Positions 30,195-39,628 of a stretch of DNA of 64,000 bases are shown here, one piece after another. The notes beneath the pieces are model-generated. The model saw only the letters and a program-made list of their open reading frames with translations, was not told where the DNA came from and searched no databases. The translations under genes were made by a program, and so were the position numbers. Positions within the stretch are counted from its first letter, which is position 1. Each line of letters begins with the position of its first letter. The stretch comes from Deltaproteobacteria bacterium (lineage in GTDB: Bacteria > Myxococcota_A > UBA9160 > SZUA-336), in assembly GCA_019311115.1 (NCBI GenBank), contig JAFDDB010000003.1, positions 11,852 through 75,851 of the forward strand, read 5' to 3'.

Positions 30195-30209
30195 TGCAAG
30201 TAATTTGCA
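30195..30209. promoter_or_regulatory. perfect palindrome TGCAA-GTAAT-TTGCA in AT-rich spacer upstream of actA
   Basis: Read directly. It lies 37 nt upstream of the actA start and 9 nt downstream of the stop of the preceding gene. Its function is unknown (TF site or weak terminator). Confidence 0.25.
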
Positions 30210-30217
30210 GATACCGA

Positions 30218-30847
30218 TCAGCGCGAACCGGCGAGCGGCGCGAAGCGGAGCATGGGAAAGCTGCCGAACCCCGGGGGCTCGCGGTAGTTCACCAGGCGAA
30301 GCACGCCGCAGTGGTCGAAGCCGAAGGGGACCTCGTCGCGGACCGGCATGCCGAGCAACTGCTGCAGCGCGTAGTTCAATAGCCCCCCGTGCGAGACCAC
30401 GAGGAGGGAATCGCCCTCGGACTGCAGCTCGCGCTCGAGGCGCTTGCGCACCTGCGCGGCCCGGGCCACGAACGCGTCGCGCGACTCGCCACCCGGAGCG
30501 GTCCGGCCACTTGCGGCGAGGCGCGCGACCACGCTGTGACCTCGTTCAAAATCGCGGGGGTAGCGCCGCGCGGCGTCCGCGAACGAGAGGCCCGTCAACT
30601 CGCCGGTCTCGCCCTCGGCCAGGCTGGGGGAAATTTCCACCGCAAGGTCCCTGCCCTCCAGGAGGATCTCCGCCGTCTCGGCCGCGCGGACCAACGGGGA
30701 GACGAGGCAGCCGCGGAGCGAAACTCCCGCGAAGCCGGCCGCGAGGTCGCGAGCCTGCTCGACACCGCGCTCGGTCAGGCCCTGGTCGCCGAACCGGAGT
30801 TCGGCCGCGGCGCGATCCTCTGCATGGCGTACCAGGTAGACGGCCAT
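30218..30847 (-). CDS. histidine phosphatase family protein (phosphoglycerate mutase-like)
   Basis: VYLVRHAE N-terminal RHG motif, ...VVSHGGLL. Confidence 0.75.
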   Translation of the reverse strand: MAVYLVRHAEDRAAAELRFGDQGLTERGVEQARDLAAGFAGVSLRGCLVSPLVRAAETAEILLEGRDLAVEISPSLAEGETGELTGLSFADAARRYPRDFERGHSVVARLAASGRTAPGGESRDAFVARAAQVRKRLERELQSEGDSLLVVSHGGLLNYALQQLLGMPVRDEVPFGFDHCGVLRLVNYREPPGFGSFPMLRFAPLAGSR

Positions 30848-30848
30848 C

Positions 30849-32516
30849 TCACGCGGCCGCCGGCTCGCCCCGGTCGCGGCGCAGCAACTGCAGACCCTCG
30901 AGCAGGATCCAGACGTCGAGGACCAGGATGAGCGAGCTCGACCCCGCGAGCAGCCAGTTGCCCGCGGCGAAGTGCGCGCGCGCCTCGCCGATTATCGCCA
31001 GCAGCGTGGCGACGACGACGAAGACCATCGGGACGAGCGTGTAAACGTACGGCCGGCCGAGCCGCCGCAGCCAGATCGACACGACCAGCAAGGTGAGCCC
31101 CGCCACCAGCTGGTTCGTCGTACCGAAGAGCGGCCACAGGATGAGCCCGCCCTTGCCCCCGGCCTGAGTCACTGCGAGCAGCGTGGCCGCGCCGATGCCG
31201 AGCGCGGCGGCCGCATAGCGATTGCGGAGCGGCTTGACGCCGTAGATGCCGGCGAGCTCGGAGATGATCATCCGCAGGATTCGCGCACCCGTGTCGAGCG
31301 ACGTCGCGGCAAAAGCGATCACCATGACGGCGATGAACGTGCGCGCCGTGTCGACCGGCACGCCCAGCTCGGCGACGAAGCGCCCTCCACCGTTGACGAA
31401 CGCCTCCAGCTTGGGCGCGAGGCCGGAAGCCGCTCCCCAGCTCGCGTAGTGCACGTGCCACTCGCTGGCGTTCGCGAAGCCCGCGGTGGTCGCCAGAACG
31501 GCGAGCAGGCCCAGCGTCCCCTCCCCGAGCATCCCGCCGTAACCGATCGGGCGAGCGTCGGTCATGCAACCGACCTGCTTCGACGTCGTGCCCGACGAGA
31601 CCAGCCCGTGAAAGCCCGAGATGGCCCCGCAGGCGATCGTGATGAACAAGAAGGGGAGCATGGGCGGAGCGCCCGCCGGGTCCGGGTTGATCGCGGGCGC
31701 CTGGATCTCGGGCTGCAGGACCACCAGCCCCAGCACGAGCACGGTGATCCCGGTGATCAACTGGTGCGAGTTCAGGTAGTCGCGCGGCTGGAGCAGCAGC
31801 CAGACCGGAAGCACCGACGCCACGAACGAGTAGCCGAGCAGCAGCCAGACCCAGGTCGCGACCGAGATCTCGCCGAGCCAGGGCCACGCCAGGGCCACGC
31901 CCTGCCCCTGGAAGACGGCGGCCAGCAGGATGATGTAGCCCACCACCGACGGAGCGAAGATGCCGACCCCGCGCCGGTAGACGAGCCACCCGAGCAGCAG
32001 GGCGACGATGATCTGCACGTTGATCGGGAAGATCGCGGCCGGGTAGCTGTGGAAGAGCGTCCCGATGATGAAGGCGAACACGGCGAGCACGATCCAGATC
32101 AGCGTGGCGATGACCAGCAGGAAGAGCGTCTGCGCGCGCGGGCTGATCACGCGCCCGGTGATCTCGCCGATCGACTGTCCGCGGCTCCGCAGGCTGATCA
32201 CGAGCGCCGCGAAGTCGTGCACCGCGCCCATGAAGATCGTCCCGACGACGACCCAGAGCAGCGCCGGCACCCAGCCCCAGATGACCGCGAGCGAGGGCCC
32301 CACGATCGGCGCGGCCCCGGCGATCGACGTGTAGTGGTGGCCCCAGAGCACACTGAGGCGCGTCGGGACGAAGTCGACCCCGTCCTCGAGCTCGCGCGAA
32401 GGCACGAGCTCGTCGGCGCGCAGCCCGAAGACGCGCTTCGCGAGGAAGCGCGAGTAGAAGCGGTACGCCAGCAGGAAGCACCCGATGACCAGCAGGGCGA
32501 CGACCGCGGCGTTCAA
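30849..32516 (-). CDS. cstA: carbon starvation protein A (CstA/BtsT family peptide/pyruvate transporter)
   Basis: 555-aa polytopic membrane protein: LWGHHYTSIAGAAPIVGP...FGTTNQLVAGLTL. Confidence 0.9.
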   Translation of the reverse strand: MNAAVVALLVIGCFLLAYRFYSRFLAKRVFGLRADELVPSRELEDGVDFVPTRLSVLWGHHYTSIAGAAPIVGPSLAVIWGWVPALLWVVVGTIFMGAVHDFAALVISLRSRGQSIGEITGRVISPRAQTLFLLVIATLIWIVLAVFAFIIGTLFHSYPAAIFPINVQIIVALLLGWLVYRRGVGIFAPSVVGYIILLAAVFQGQGVALAWPWLGEISVATWVWLLLGYSFVASVLPVWLLLQPRDYLNSHQLITGITVLVLGLVVLQPEIQAPAINPDPAGAPPMLPFLFITIACGAISGFHGLVSSGTTSKQVGCMTDARPIGYGGMLGEGTLGLLAVLATTAGFANASEWHVHYASWGAASGLAPKLEAFVNGGGRFVAELGVPVDTARTFIAVMVIAFAATSLDTGARILRMIISELAGIYGVKPLRNRYAAAALGIGAATLLAVTQAGGKGGLILWPLFGTTNQLVAGLTLLVVSIWLRRLGRPYVYTLVPMVFVVVATLLAIIGEARAHFAAGNWLLAGSSSLILVLDVWILLEGLQLLRRDRGEPAAA

Positions 32517-32528
32517 TCGGCGCGACCT

Positions 32529-32933
32529 CTAGCGGTACGTCGGGTTCGCCACGGCGAGGCGCTGGCCGACGCTCTCGCGCAGGTACGCGAATACCTCGGC
32601 GCGGAACGCCGCCTCGTCCGCGTCGCCGCGCCGGATCCGCTCGCAGAGAGAGGCCTCGAGCTCGTCGACGGCCGCGTCGAGCCCGGCCAGGTCGGAAGGA
32701 GCCTCGCCGGCCCGCCCCATCAGCGCCGCCAGCTTCGCGTAGCGCACGGGCAGCGCGTCGGGCTCCTGCTCGATCTCACGCGCGACGATGCCGAGCGCGT
32801 TCGAGGCGACGCGCGCGTGGAAGCGCCGCACGCCTTCGAGCTCGGGAAGCAGATCCTCGTCGAGAAAGCGCCGTACCGCCTCGAGTAGCTCGCTCTTCGT
32901 CGGCCGGTCTCCCATGCCGCCCGAAGATACCAC
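32529..32933 (-). CDS. hypothetical protein
   Basis: 134-aa ORF with balanced composition, directly upstream of cstA on the same strand. No family recognised. Confidence 0.45.
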   Translation of the reverse strand: MVSSGGMGDRPTKSELLEAVRRFLDEDLLPELEGVRRFHARVASNALGIVAREIEQEPDALPVRYAKLAALMGRAGEAPSDLAGLDAAVDELEASLCERIRRGDADEAAFRAEVFAYLRESVGQRLAVANPTYR

Positions 32934-32939
32934 GGCGCG

Positions 32940-33533
32940 TCAGGCCGGAGTCGTGTCCCTCCGGAACGTGTAGATGCGCATCGGCGGGAGGTTCCAGAAG
33001 CCCGAACGCGTCTCGGCCGGACCGAAGACGGGCTCGGCCATGCGCCGGACGGCGCTGCGGAACTGGTACGCCACGAAGCGGCCGCCGGGCGCGAGTACGC
33101 GCTTCGCGGCCTCGAGCGTGCGGCGGCCCTCGCCCCGCTCCATGGTCGAGAACGGGATTCCCGACACGACGAGATCGGCCTGCGCTTCGCCCGCTTCGGC
33201 GAGCGCCTTCTCCAAGTCGGCCGAGCTGCCGTTGTACAGAGTGAGTCGCGGGTCCGGGTAGGACCGATGGAGTAGGTCGACGAACTCGGGCAGTAGCTCG
33301 ACCGCGATGAGCTTCCCGTCCTCGGGCATGAGTTCGAGAATCTCTCGCGTGAGCACTCCGGTCCCCGGACCCAGCTCGACGATCACGCGCGCGCTCGCCG
33401 CGTCGCCACACTGCAGCACGCGGCGCGTCAGGAAACGCGAACTCGGGATGACCGACCCGACCTCCTTGGGGTTCTTGAGGAAGCCACGGAGGAACTGGAG
33501 CGGACGGTCGCTGCGGCGGCGCTGTGAGTTCAT
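32940..33533 (-). CDS. class I SAM-dependent methyltransferase
   Basis: VIVELGPGTGVLT motif I, ...LVVSGIPF. Confidence 0.75.
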   Translation of the reverse strand: MNSQRRRSDRPLQFLRGFLKNPKEVGSVIPSSRFLTRRVLQCGDAASARVIVELGPGTGVLTREILELMPEDGKLIAVELLPEFVDLLHRSYPDPRLTLYNGSSADLEKALAEAGEAQADLVVSGIPFSTMERGEGRRTLEAAKRVLAPGGRFVAYQFRSAVRRMAEPVFGPAETRSGFWNLPPMRIYTFRRDTTPA

Positions 33534-33626
33534 GAAGCGAGGGCTCCTGCACGCGGGAGGTTCCGCGGCTCGTCGAGGTTCAGAGGACCCCGGCTATGTA
33601 TCGCGGTGCCGGGGGGGTGGTCAACC

Positions 33627-34367
33627 TCAGGAGGGCTCGTTGGGCAGATGCTCCGACTCCTCGCGGGTCATGGCCGCGATCACCGCCTGGTTCACGCGGC
33701 GCGTGATCTCTCGCGTCGCGCGCTCGGCCGTGTCTACGTCGCCCGCTTCTACCGCGACCGCTACGCGCAGCACGAGCGGGGTGATTTTCCGACGCTCCGC
33801 GCTGAGCCACCGTTCCACCGGAGTCGCGTCGGCGCCCCGCTGGAGGGCGTTCGAGAAGATCTTGAGCACGGGATTGCCCGTGAGCTCGGCCAGGTCGTCC
33901 TGGAGCGTGCGGAGAAGCTGGATGAACTCCCGGTCGGAGTAGTCCCGCTGCATGAACTCGTGCACCTTGGCCGCGGTCTTGCGCAGGTCCGCAGGCGAAG
34001 CGCGGTTCATCGCCACGCGGACGATTCCGGGGAAGAGCGCCTCGCGCAGCTCGAGCAGACCCTCCATCCAGCGCCGGTCCCGCGTGCCCGAGCGTGCGAT
34101 CAGGTCCCAGACCAGGTCGAAGCTGGCGTTCTCGATCGCGCACACGCGAATGCCGGAGCCCTGCTGGATCTCGACCAGCCGGAGCTGCTCGAGCTTCTTC
34201 AGCGCCTCGCGGATCGAGCTGCGGTTCACGTGCAGCTGCTCGGCCAGCTCGCGCTCGGGGGGGAGCCGGTCGCCCGGGGCGAACTCCCCATCCAGGATGG
34301 CCTCGCGGATGCGGTCCGCGACCGCGTCCGGCAGCACCCGGCGCCCCGTCTCCTCGACCGGCTTCAC
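33627..34367 (-). CDS. GntR family transcriptional regulator (FadR/FCD subfamily)
   Basis: VLPDAVADRIREAILDGEFAPGDRLPPERELAEQLHVNRSSIREALKKLEQLRLV is the wHTH. The rest of the 762-aa track ORF is junk. The GTG start overlaps the TGA of the upstream SDR (GTGA). Confidence 0.75.
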   Translation of the reverse strand: MKPVEETGRRVLPDAVADRIREAILDGEFAPGDRLPPERELAEQLHVNRSSIREALKKLEQLRLVEIQQGSGIRVCAIENASFDLVWDLIARSGTRDRRWMEGLLELREALFPGIVRVAMNRASPADLRKTAAKVHEFMQRDYSDREFIQLLRTLQDDLAELTGNPVLKIFSNALQRGADATPVERWLSAERRKITPLVLRVAVAVEAGDVDTAERATREITRRVNQAVIAAMTREESEHLPNEPS

Positions 34368-35146
34368 CACTGCCCTCCGTCGATGCGGAACACCTTGCCG
34401 GTGATCCAGGCGGCCGCGTCCGACGCCAGGTACACGGCGAGCTGGCCGATCTCGTCGCACTCGCCCATCCGTCCCAGGGGAATCCCGCGCACGATCGCGT
34501 CGCCATGCTCCTCGACCATGCCGTCCGCGATGTCGGTCGCGATCAGGCCCGGGGCGATCACGTTGCAGCGGATGCCACGATCCGCGTTCTCGCGCGCCAC
34601 GACCTTGGTCAGGGCGTTCACCCCGGCCTTCGCCGCGACGTACGGACCGCCGTTCGCGCCGCAGGCGTCTGCGGCGATCGACGAGACGGTGAGGATCACG
34701 CCCGAGCGCTGCTCCCGCAGGATGGGCAGGGCGCTGTGGAGCGTGTGGAAGACACCGCCGAGGTCGATGCCGATGATGCGCTCCCAGTAGCCCGGGTCCA
34801 CCTCGTGCAGCGGCTGGAAGCGCGTCGCGACTCCCGCGTTGGCGACGACGATGTCGAGCCCGCCGAGGGCCGCGTGCGCGGCGTGGACCATCGCCCGCAC
34901 GGCTTCGCCATCGCGGACGTCGGCCGCGTGCGCGGTGGCCTTGCGGCCGAGCGCCTCGATGTCCTTGACCGCACTGGCCGCGGCCCCCTCGTCGCGCCGG
35001 TAGCCGATCGCCACGTCGGCGCCGGCCCGGGCCAGCGCCAGCGCGATGCCCCGCCCGATCCCGCGCGAGGCGCCGGTCACGAGTGCGCGCTTTCCGCTCA
35101 GGGCGTGCAATTCCAGCCTCCGGGGGGTCCCCAACCCTGTCGCCAT
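34364..35146 (-). CDS. SDR family oxidoreductase (FabG-like)
   Basis: Internal Met; KRALVTGASRGIGRGIA...YVAAKAGV... Confidence 0.8.
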   Translation of the reverse strand: MATGLGTPRRLELHALSGKRALVTGASRGIGRGIALALARAGADVAIGYRRDEGAAASAVKDIEALGRKATAHAADVRDGEAVRAMVHAAHAALGGLDIVVANAGVATRFQPLHEVDPGYWERIIGIDLGGVFHTLHSALPILREQRSGVILTVSSIAADACGANGGPYVAAKAGVNALTKVVARENADRGIRCNVIAPGLIATDIADGMVEEHGDAIVRGIPLGRMGECDEIGQLAVYLASDAAAWITGKVFRIDGGQW

Positions 35147-35267
35147 ACTGACACAATTCGTCGGACCACATGGGACTTGAAGCCCCCCGGCCGAGGCCCC
35201 ATGATCGGCCGGCCTCGCCCATCGCGGCGGAGCCGAAGCCCCATCCCGCAGCCCCGGAGGCGAAGCC

Positions 35268-36431
35268 ATGCCCAAGACCCGCGCCTACTCGATTCGAGCC
35301 GAAGACGTCGCCGCCGAGAGCGAGCGTGCCGGCGGGGACTTCGACCAGGTCGACATCTCGCGGGTGCTCAGGCTCGACGATCTCGAACTGCGCGAGGTCG
35401 GGCGCAGTGACGTGCACATGAAGATCCTCGCGGTCTCGGGTGAGCACAACGTGGACCACGCGGTCCTGGCGGACACCGTGAACATCGCCGAGACCCGCGG
35501 CGGCAAGATCTACCCCGGCAACTCGGCCGTCGGCGAGGTGCTGGCCGTCGGCTCGGACGTCACGCGCTTCGCAGCGGGTGACATCGTCCTGACCCACTGC
35601 AACGGCGGCCCGGACGAGTACGGCTATCCCACCCGGATCTGGGCCTACGACGCGGACGACTCGATCGGCTGGTACAGCGAAGAGGCCGTGGTGGGAGACT
35701 GGCAGCTGGTCAAGGCGCCGGTCGACTGCGGGCTGAGCCTGTGGGAGATCGCGGCGCTCCCGCTGCGGGCCCCGACGGCGTACCACCTGTGGCGACGCGC
35801 GCTCGGCATCTTCCGGGTCAAGGTCTCGCGCGAGCAACTCGCGACGCTGAACGTCCTGAGCTTCGGGGGCGGCGTCGGCGAACTCTTCCTGATGCTGGCG
35901 AGGGCCGAGGGACACAACGCCTTCTTCTGCGCGGGCAGCGACGCGCGCCGCGCCGCGCTCGAGCGGTTCGGAGTCGTCGGGATCGACCAGAAGGAGTACA
36001 ACCGCTTCGCGACGCGCGACGACGTGCGTAAGTTCTCACGCAAGCTGCGGGACCTGACGAACGGCGTGCAGGCGCACATCGTCTGCGACATGCTGCGCGG
36101 GCCGGTCTTCGCCGCGGGCCTGGCCGCGGCTGCGCGCTGCGGCGTCAACGTGAGCGCCGGCTGGCAGCTGTCTCAAGAGGTGACGTACAACTCGACGCTG
36201 CAGTCCGTGAAGCAGGTCACGATCGATCACACGCACTACGAGACGCCGGTCGGCTGCGAGGCCGCGACCGCGCTGTACGGCTCGGTGTTCAAGCCCACGA
36301 TCCACTCGGAGGTCTATCCCTTCGAGGACCTCGGGCGCTGCATGCACGAGATGCACAAGAACACCCAGACGGGGATCCCGATCGTGCGGGTAGCCAAGGA
36401 CCTTCCCGCCTCGGTGGCGAAGATCGCCTGA
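35268..36431 (+). CDS. MDR-family (zinc-type alcohol dehydrogenase / enoyl reductase-like) oxidoreductase
   Basis: Rossmann SFGGGVGELFLMLA, MDR-like length (387 aa), GGAGG RBS. The N-terminal region is unusual for ADH and somewhat reminiscent of crotonyl-CoA reductase-like enzymes (weak). Confidence 0.7.
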   Translation: MPKTRAYSIRAEDVAAESERAGGDFDQVDISRVLRLDDLELREVGRSDVHMKILAVSGEHNVDHAVLADTVNIAETRGGKIYPGNSAVGEVLAVGSDVTRFAAGDIVLTHCNGGPDEYGYPTRIWAYDADDSIGWYSEEAVVGDWQLVKAPVDCGLSLWEIAALPLRAPTAYHLWRRALGIFRVKVSREQLATLNVLSFGGGVGELFLMLARAEGHNAFFCAGSDARRAALERFGVVGIDQKEYNRFATRDDVRKFSRKLRDLTNGVQAHIVCDMLRGPVFAAGLAAAARCGVNVSAGWQLSQEVTYNSTLQSVKQVTIDHTHYETPVGCEAATALYGSVFKPTIHSEVYPFEDLGRCMHEMHKNTQTGIPIVRVAKDLPASVAKIA

Positions 36432-36439
36432 GGCGCGTC

Positions 36440-36868
36440 GTGGCTCGACAGTACTGGCTGGTCAAGTCGGAGCCCGGCGCGTACTCCTGGGACGACCTCG
36501 TGCGCGAGGGCGAGGATCTCTGGGACGGCGTGCGGAACCACCAGGCGCGCAACAACCTGGCGGCCATGAAGCGCGGCGACCTGGTGCTCTTCTACCACTC
36601 GGTGGACGCCCGCGAGGTCGTGGGGATCGCACGCGTAACGCGCGAGGGCTACCCCGACCCGACGACCGAAGACCCGCGCTGGGTGGCGGTGGACGTCGAA
36701 CCCGTGAGGCCGCTGAACAAGCCCGTCACGCTCGCGCAGATCAAGGGCGACCCGGCGCTGAAGGACGTCGCACTCGTGCGCCAGTCGCGGCTCTCGGTCG
36801 TGCCGTTGGCGCGGCCGGAGTTCCAGCGCGTACTGAAGCTGGGCGGGACGCCCATGCCCCGCAGCTAG
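36440..36868 (+). CDS. EVE (PUA-like) domain protein
   Basis: YWLVKSEPGAYSWDDL...GDLVLFYHS is the classic EVE N-terminus. Confidence 0.85.
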   Translation: MARQYWLVKSEPGAYSWDDLVREGEDLWDGVRNHQARNNLAAMKRGDLVLFYHSVDAREVVGIARVTREGYPDPTTEDPRWVAVDVEPVRPLNKPVTLAQIKGDPALKDVALVRQSRLSVVPLARPEFQRVLKLGGTPMPRS

Positions 36869-36904
36869 GGCTTCCGTGGGAGGGAGGCGGGGAGCGACGT
36901 GCGG

Positions 36905-37510
36905 TCAGGACTGGCCGGCGTGGCCCTGCCACTTCAGGTCGTCGGCGGCCGGCAGCCCCTCGGGCCCGAGCAGCACTTCCGGATCGGCGAACGACGCATA
37001 CAGCCCCTTCAGCGAGATCGACAGTACGCGCAGCTCTTCGGGCAGCTCGCGGTGGATCGGTCCCGCCGCGAGCCCGCGGATCGTGCTGAGCGCGGCGTGA
37101 ACCGTCTTGAGGGCGCGGCGCACCCTCACCAGCGACGCGCCCTCGAGCGAGGGCCGGGTCCGGACCTCGAGCTCCTTGGTCAGGTCGTAGAGGCGCTTCG
37201 AGTAGGCCACGAGCAGCGCCTGCTCCTGCGGCGATAGCGTGACCGCGCGCATGTCCTTCCGCTCGTTCTCGATCTCCATCATCTTGTCACGGATCTGCAC
37301 CATCTCGGACCAGACGAGCTTCACGTCGCGCTTCGCGCTGATGTCACGCCCACCCGCGATGTCGGAGTCCCCTGCGGCGGCCTCGCTCTGGGTCTTCTCG
37401 CTCTGGTTCTTCTCGGACGGGGTCTTCTCCGGCGCCTCCTGTGCGAACGCCACGGGGGCGAGCACGAAGAGCAGCGCGGTCATCAAGCAAGAGAGCGAGA
37501 CGCGAGACAC
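36905..37510 (-). CDS. secreted hypothetical protein
   Basis: Signal peptide MSRVSLSCLMTALLFVLAPVAFA-QE. Charged repeat KTPSEKNQSEKTQSE. Confidence 0.5.
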   Translation of the reverse strand: MSRVSLSCLMTALLFVLAPVAFAQEAPEKTPSEKNQSEKTQSEAAAGDSDIAGGRDISAKRDVKLVWSEMVQIRDKMMEIENERKDMRAVTLSPQEQALLVAYSKRLYDLTKELEVRTRPSLEGASLVRVRRALKTVHAALSTIRGLAAGPIHRELPEELRVLSISLKGLYASFADPEVLLGPEGLPAADDLKWQGHAGQS

Positions 37511-37680
37511 GTTGCAGTCCCTCCGGGAGGCGGTCAGAGCGGGGAAGCGGTCAGAGCGGGCAGCCTACACCGAGCGAAGCCGGATCGAAAGGACGCACTC
37601 GTGTGCAACTGGCGCGCGGGCTCGGAGACGTCTGGTACGCTGCGGCGGTCCCTCGCGGGCGGCAACAGGGAGACGCGCAG

Positions 37681-39171
37681 ATGGCCTTGAACCTCGGCAT
37701 CATCCTCTCCGAATCGGCGCGCGAGCGCCCGGACCACGTCGCCGTGCGGCTCGACGACCGGACCGTCACCTACGCGGACCTCGACCGTGCCGCCCGGGGA
37801 ATTGCGGGTGCGTTGCGAGAGCGCGGGATCGAGCCAGGCGACCACGTGGCTGTGATGGTTCCGAACGTCCCGGAATTCACCCTGGCCTACTTCGGCGTGC
37901 TGTACGCGGGCTGCACCGTGGTGCCGCTGAACATCCTCCTCTCGACGCCCGAGGTGACCTATCACCTGCAGGACTCGGAGGCGAAGCTGCTGATCGCCCA
38001 CCCGCTCTTCGGCGCGCCGGCCGAGGCCGGCGCGGCGGAGGCCGGCGTCCCGCTGGTCTGGGCGGACGACACGCCCGACGCGGATCTCGGCCGGATGGCC
38101 GCTGCGGACCCCGTCGACGGCCCCTACCTGACGGCGGAGAACGACACCGCCGTCATCCTGTACACCTCCGGCACCACGGGAAAGCCGAAGGGCGCCGAAC
38201 TGACGCACTCGAACCTGCTCCTGAACTGTTCGACCGTGATGTCGCGGCTGCTCCCACTCACTCGCGATGACGTGGCCCTCGCCACGCTTCCGCTCTTCCA
38301 CTCCTTCGGACAGACCTGCATCCAGAACGCGACCATCAGCGTGGGGGCCACGTTCACCCTGCTGCCGCGGTTCACGCCCGAGGACGCGCTCGCGGTCATG
38401 CAGCGGGACCGCGTCACGCTCTTCGCGGGCGTGCCCACTATGTACTTCGCGATCCTCAACTTCGAGCGCGGCCGGGACTACGACCTGTCGAGCCTGAAGT
38501 ACTGCATGGCCGGCGGAGCGGCGATGCCCGTCGAGGTGATGAAGGCCTTCGAGGACAAGTACCCGGTGCAGATCCTGGAGGGCTTCGGCTTGTCGGAGAC
38601 GTCGCCGGTGGCGTGCTTCAACATGCGCGACAAGCCCCGCAAGCCGGGCTCGATCGGCTACCCCGTCTGGGGCGTCGAGATGTGCATCCTCGACGACAGC
38701 GACCAGCCCGTCGAGGACGGCGAGCGCGGCGAGATCTGCATCCGCGGACACAACGTGATGAAGGGCTACTTCCGCCGGCCCGACGCCACCAAGGACGCGA
38801 TCCGCTCTGGCTGGTTCCACTCCGGCGACATCGGCATCCGCGACGCCGACGGCTCCTACCGGATCGTCGACCGCAAGAAGGACATGATCATCCGGGGCGG
38901 CTTCAACGTGTACCCGCGCGAGATCGAAGAAGTGCTCTACGCACACCCGGCGATCGTCGAGGCGGCGGTGATCGGCGTTCCGGACGAGAGCCACGGCGAA
39001 GAGGTCAAGGCCGTGGTCGCACTCGGCGCCGGGCAGGAACTGGACGAGAAAGCGCTGATCGCGTTCGCTCGCGAGCGGCTGGCCGCGTACAAGTACCCGC
39101 GCATCGTCGAGTTCGTAGCGGAGCTGCCAAAGGGCCCGACCGGAAAGATCCTGAAACGTGAGCTGCGCTAG
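37681..39171 (+). CDS. fadD: long-chain fatty acid-CoA ligase (AMP-dependent synthetase)
   Basis: ILYTSGTTGKPKGAELTHSN AMP motif; internal ATG at 37681 with GGGAGACG RBS. The upstream 80 codons of the track ORF are Arg-rich junk. Confidence 0.85.
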   Translation: MALNLGIILSESARERPDHVAVRLDDRTVTYADLDRAARGIAGALRERGIEPGDHVAVMVPNVPEFTLAYFGVLYAGCTVVPLNILLSTPEVTYHLQDSEAKLLIAHPLFGAPAEAGAAEAGVPLVWADDTPDADLGRMAAADPVDGPYLTAENDTAVILYTSGTTGKPKGAELTHSNLLLNCSTVMSRLLPLTRDDVALATLPLFHSFGQTCIQNATISVGATFTLLPRFTPEDALAVMQRDRVTLFAGVPTMYFAILNFERGRDYDLSSLKYCMAGGAAMPVEVMKAFEDKYPVQILEGFGLSETSPVACFNMRDKPRKPGSIGYPVWGVEMCILDDSDQPVEDGERGEICIRGHNVMKGYFRRPDATKDAIRSGWFHSGDIGIRDADGSYRIVDRKKDMIIRGGFNVYPREIEEVLYAHPAIVEAAVIGVPDESHGEEVKAVVALGAGQELDEKALIAFARERLAAYKYPRIVEFVAELPKGPTGKILKRELR

Positions 39172-39186
39172 CCTGCGCTGCGCTGG

Positions 39187-39627
39187 CTAGCCGCGGTCGA
39201 GCGCCTCGACCTTGGCGACTCGCCGCGCGTGGCGGCCGCCGTCGAACGCGGTCGAGAGCCAGGTCGTCGTGAACTTGAGCAGGTCCTCGGCCGGGAACTC
39301 GCCGCCGCCCAGGCACAGCACGTTCGAGTCGTGGTGCGCGCGGGTCGCCGCGGCGCTCGTCTCGCTGTAGACGACCGCGGCGCGCACACCGTGGATGCGG
39401 TTCGCGAGCATCGACATGCCGATGCCGTTGGTGCAGATCAGGATCGCGCGGTCGGCGTCGCCATCGGCAACGCTGCGCGCCGCCGGGATGCCGTAGTCCG
39501 GGTAGTCGCACGACTCCGTCGAGTCCGTACCCAGGTCGACCACCTCGTGACCCAGCCGCCCGAGCTCCTCGCAGAGCCTCTGCTTGAACTCGAAGCCGCC
39601 GTGGTCCGCCGCGAGCGCGATCTTCAT
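39187..39627 (-). CDS. rpiB: ribose-5-phosphate isomerase B
   Basis: MKIALAADHGGFEFKQ...ICTNGIGMSMLANR. Confidence 0.85.
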   Translation of the reverse strand: MKIALAADHGGFEFKQRLCEELGRLGHEVVDLGTDSTESCDYPDYGIPAARSVADGDADRAILICTNGIGMSMLANRIHGVRAAVVYSETSAAATRAHHDSNVLCLGGGEFPAEDLLKFTTTWLSTAFDGGRHARRVAKVEALDRG

Positions 39628-39628
39628 G

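Noticed and set aside
35147-35267. Looked for a GntR operator in the divergent region between SDR/GntR and the MDR gene
   Set aside because: No convincing inverted repeat found by eye, so it is not reported as a site.
33627-35915. 762-aa minus-strand ORF
   Set aside because: Only the last 246 codons are a GntR regulator. The upstream part is the wrong frame over the SDR gene and the divergent MDR gene.
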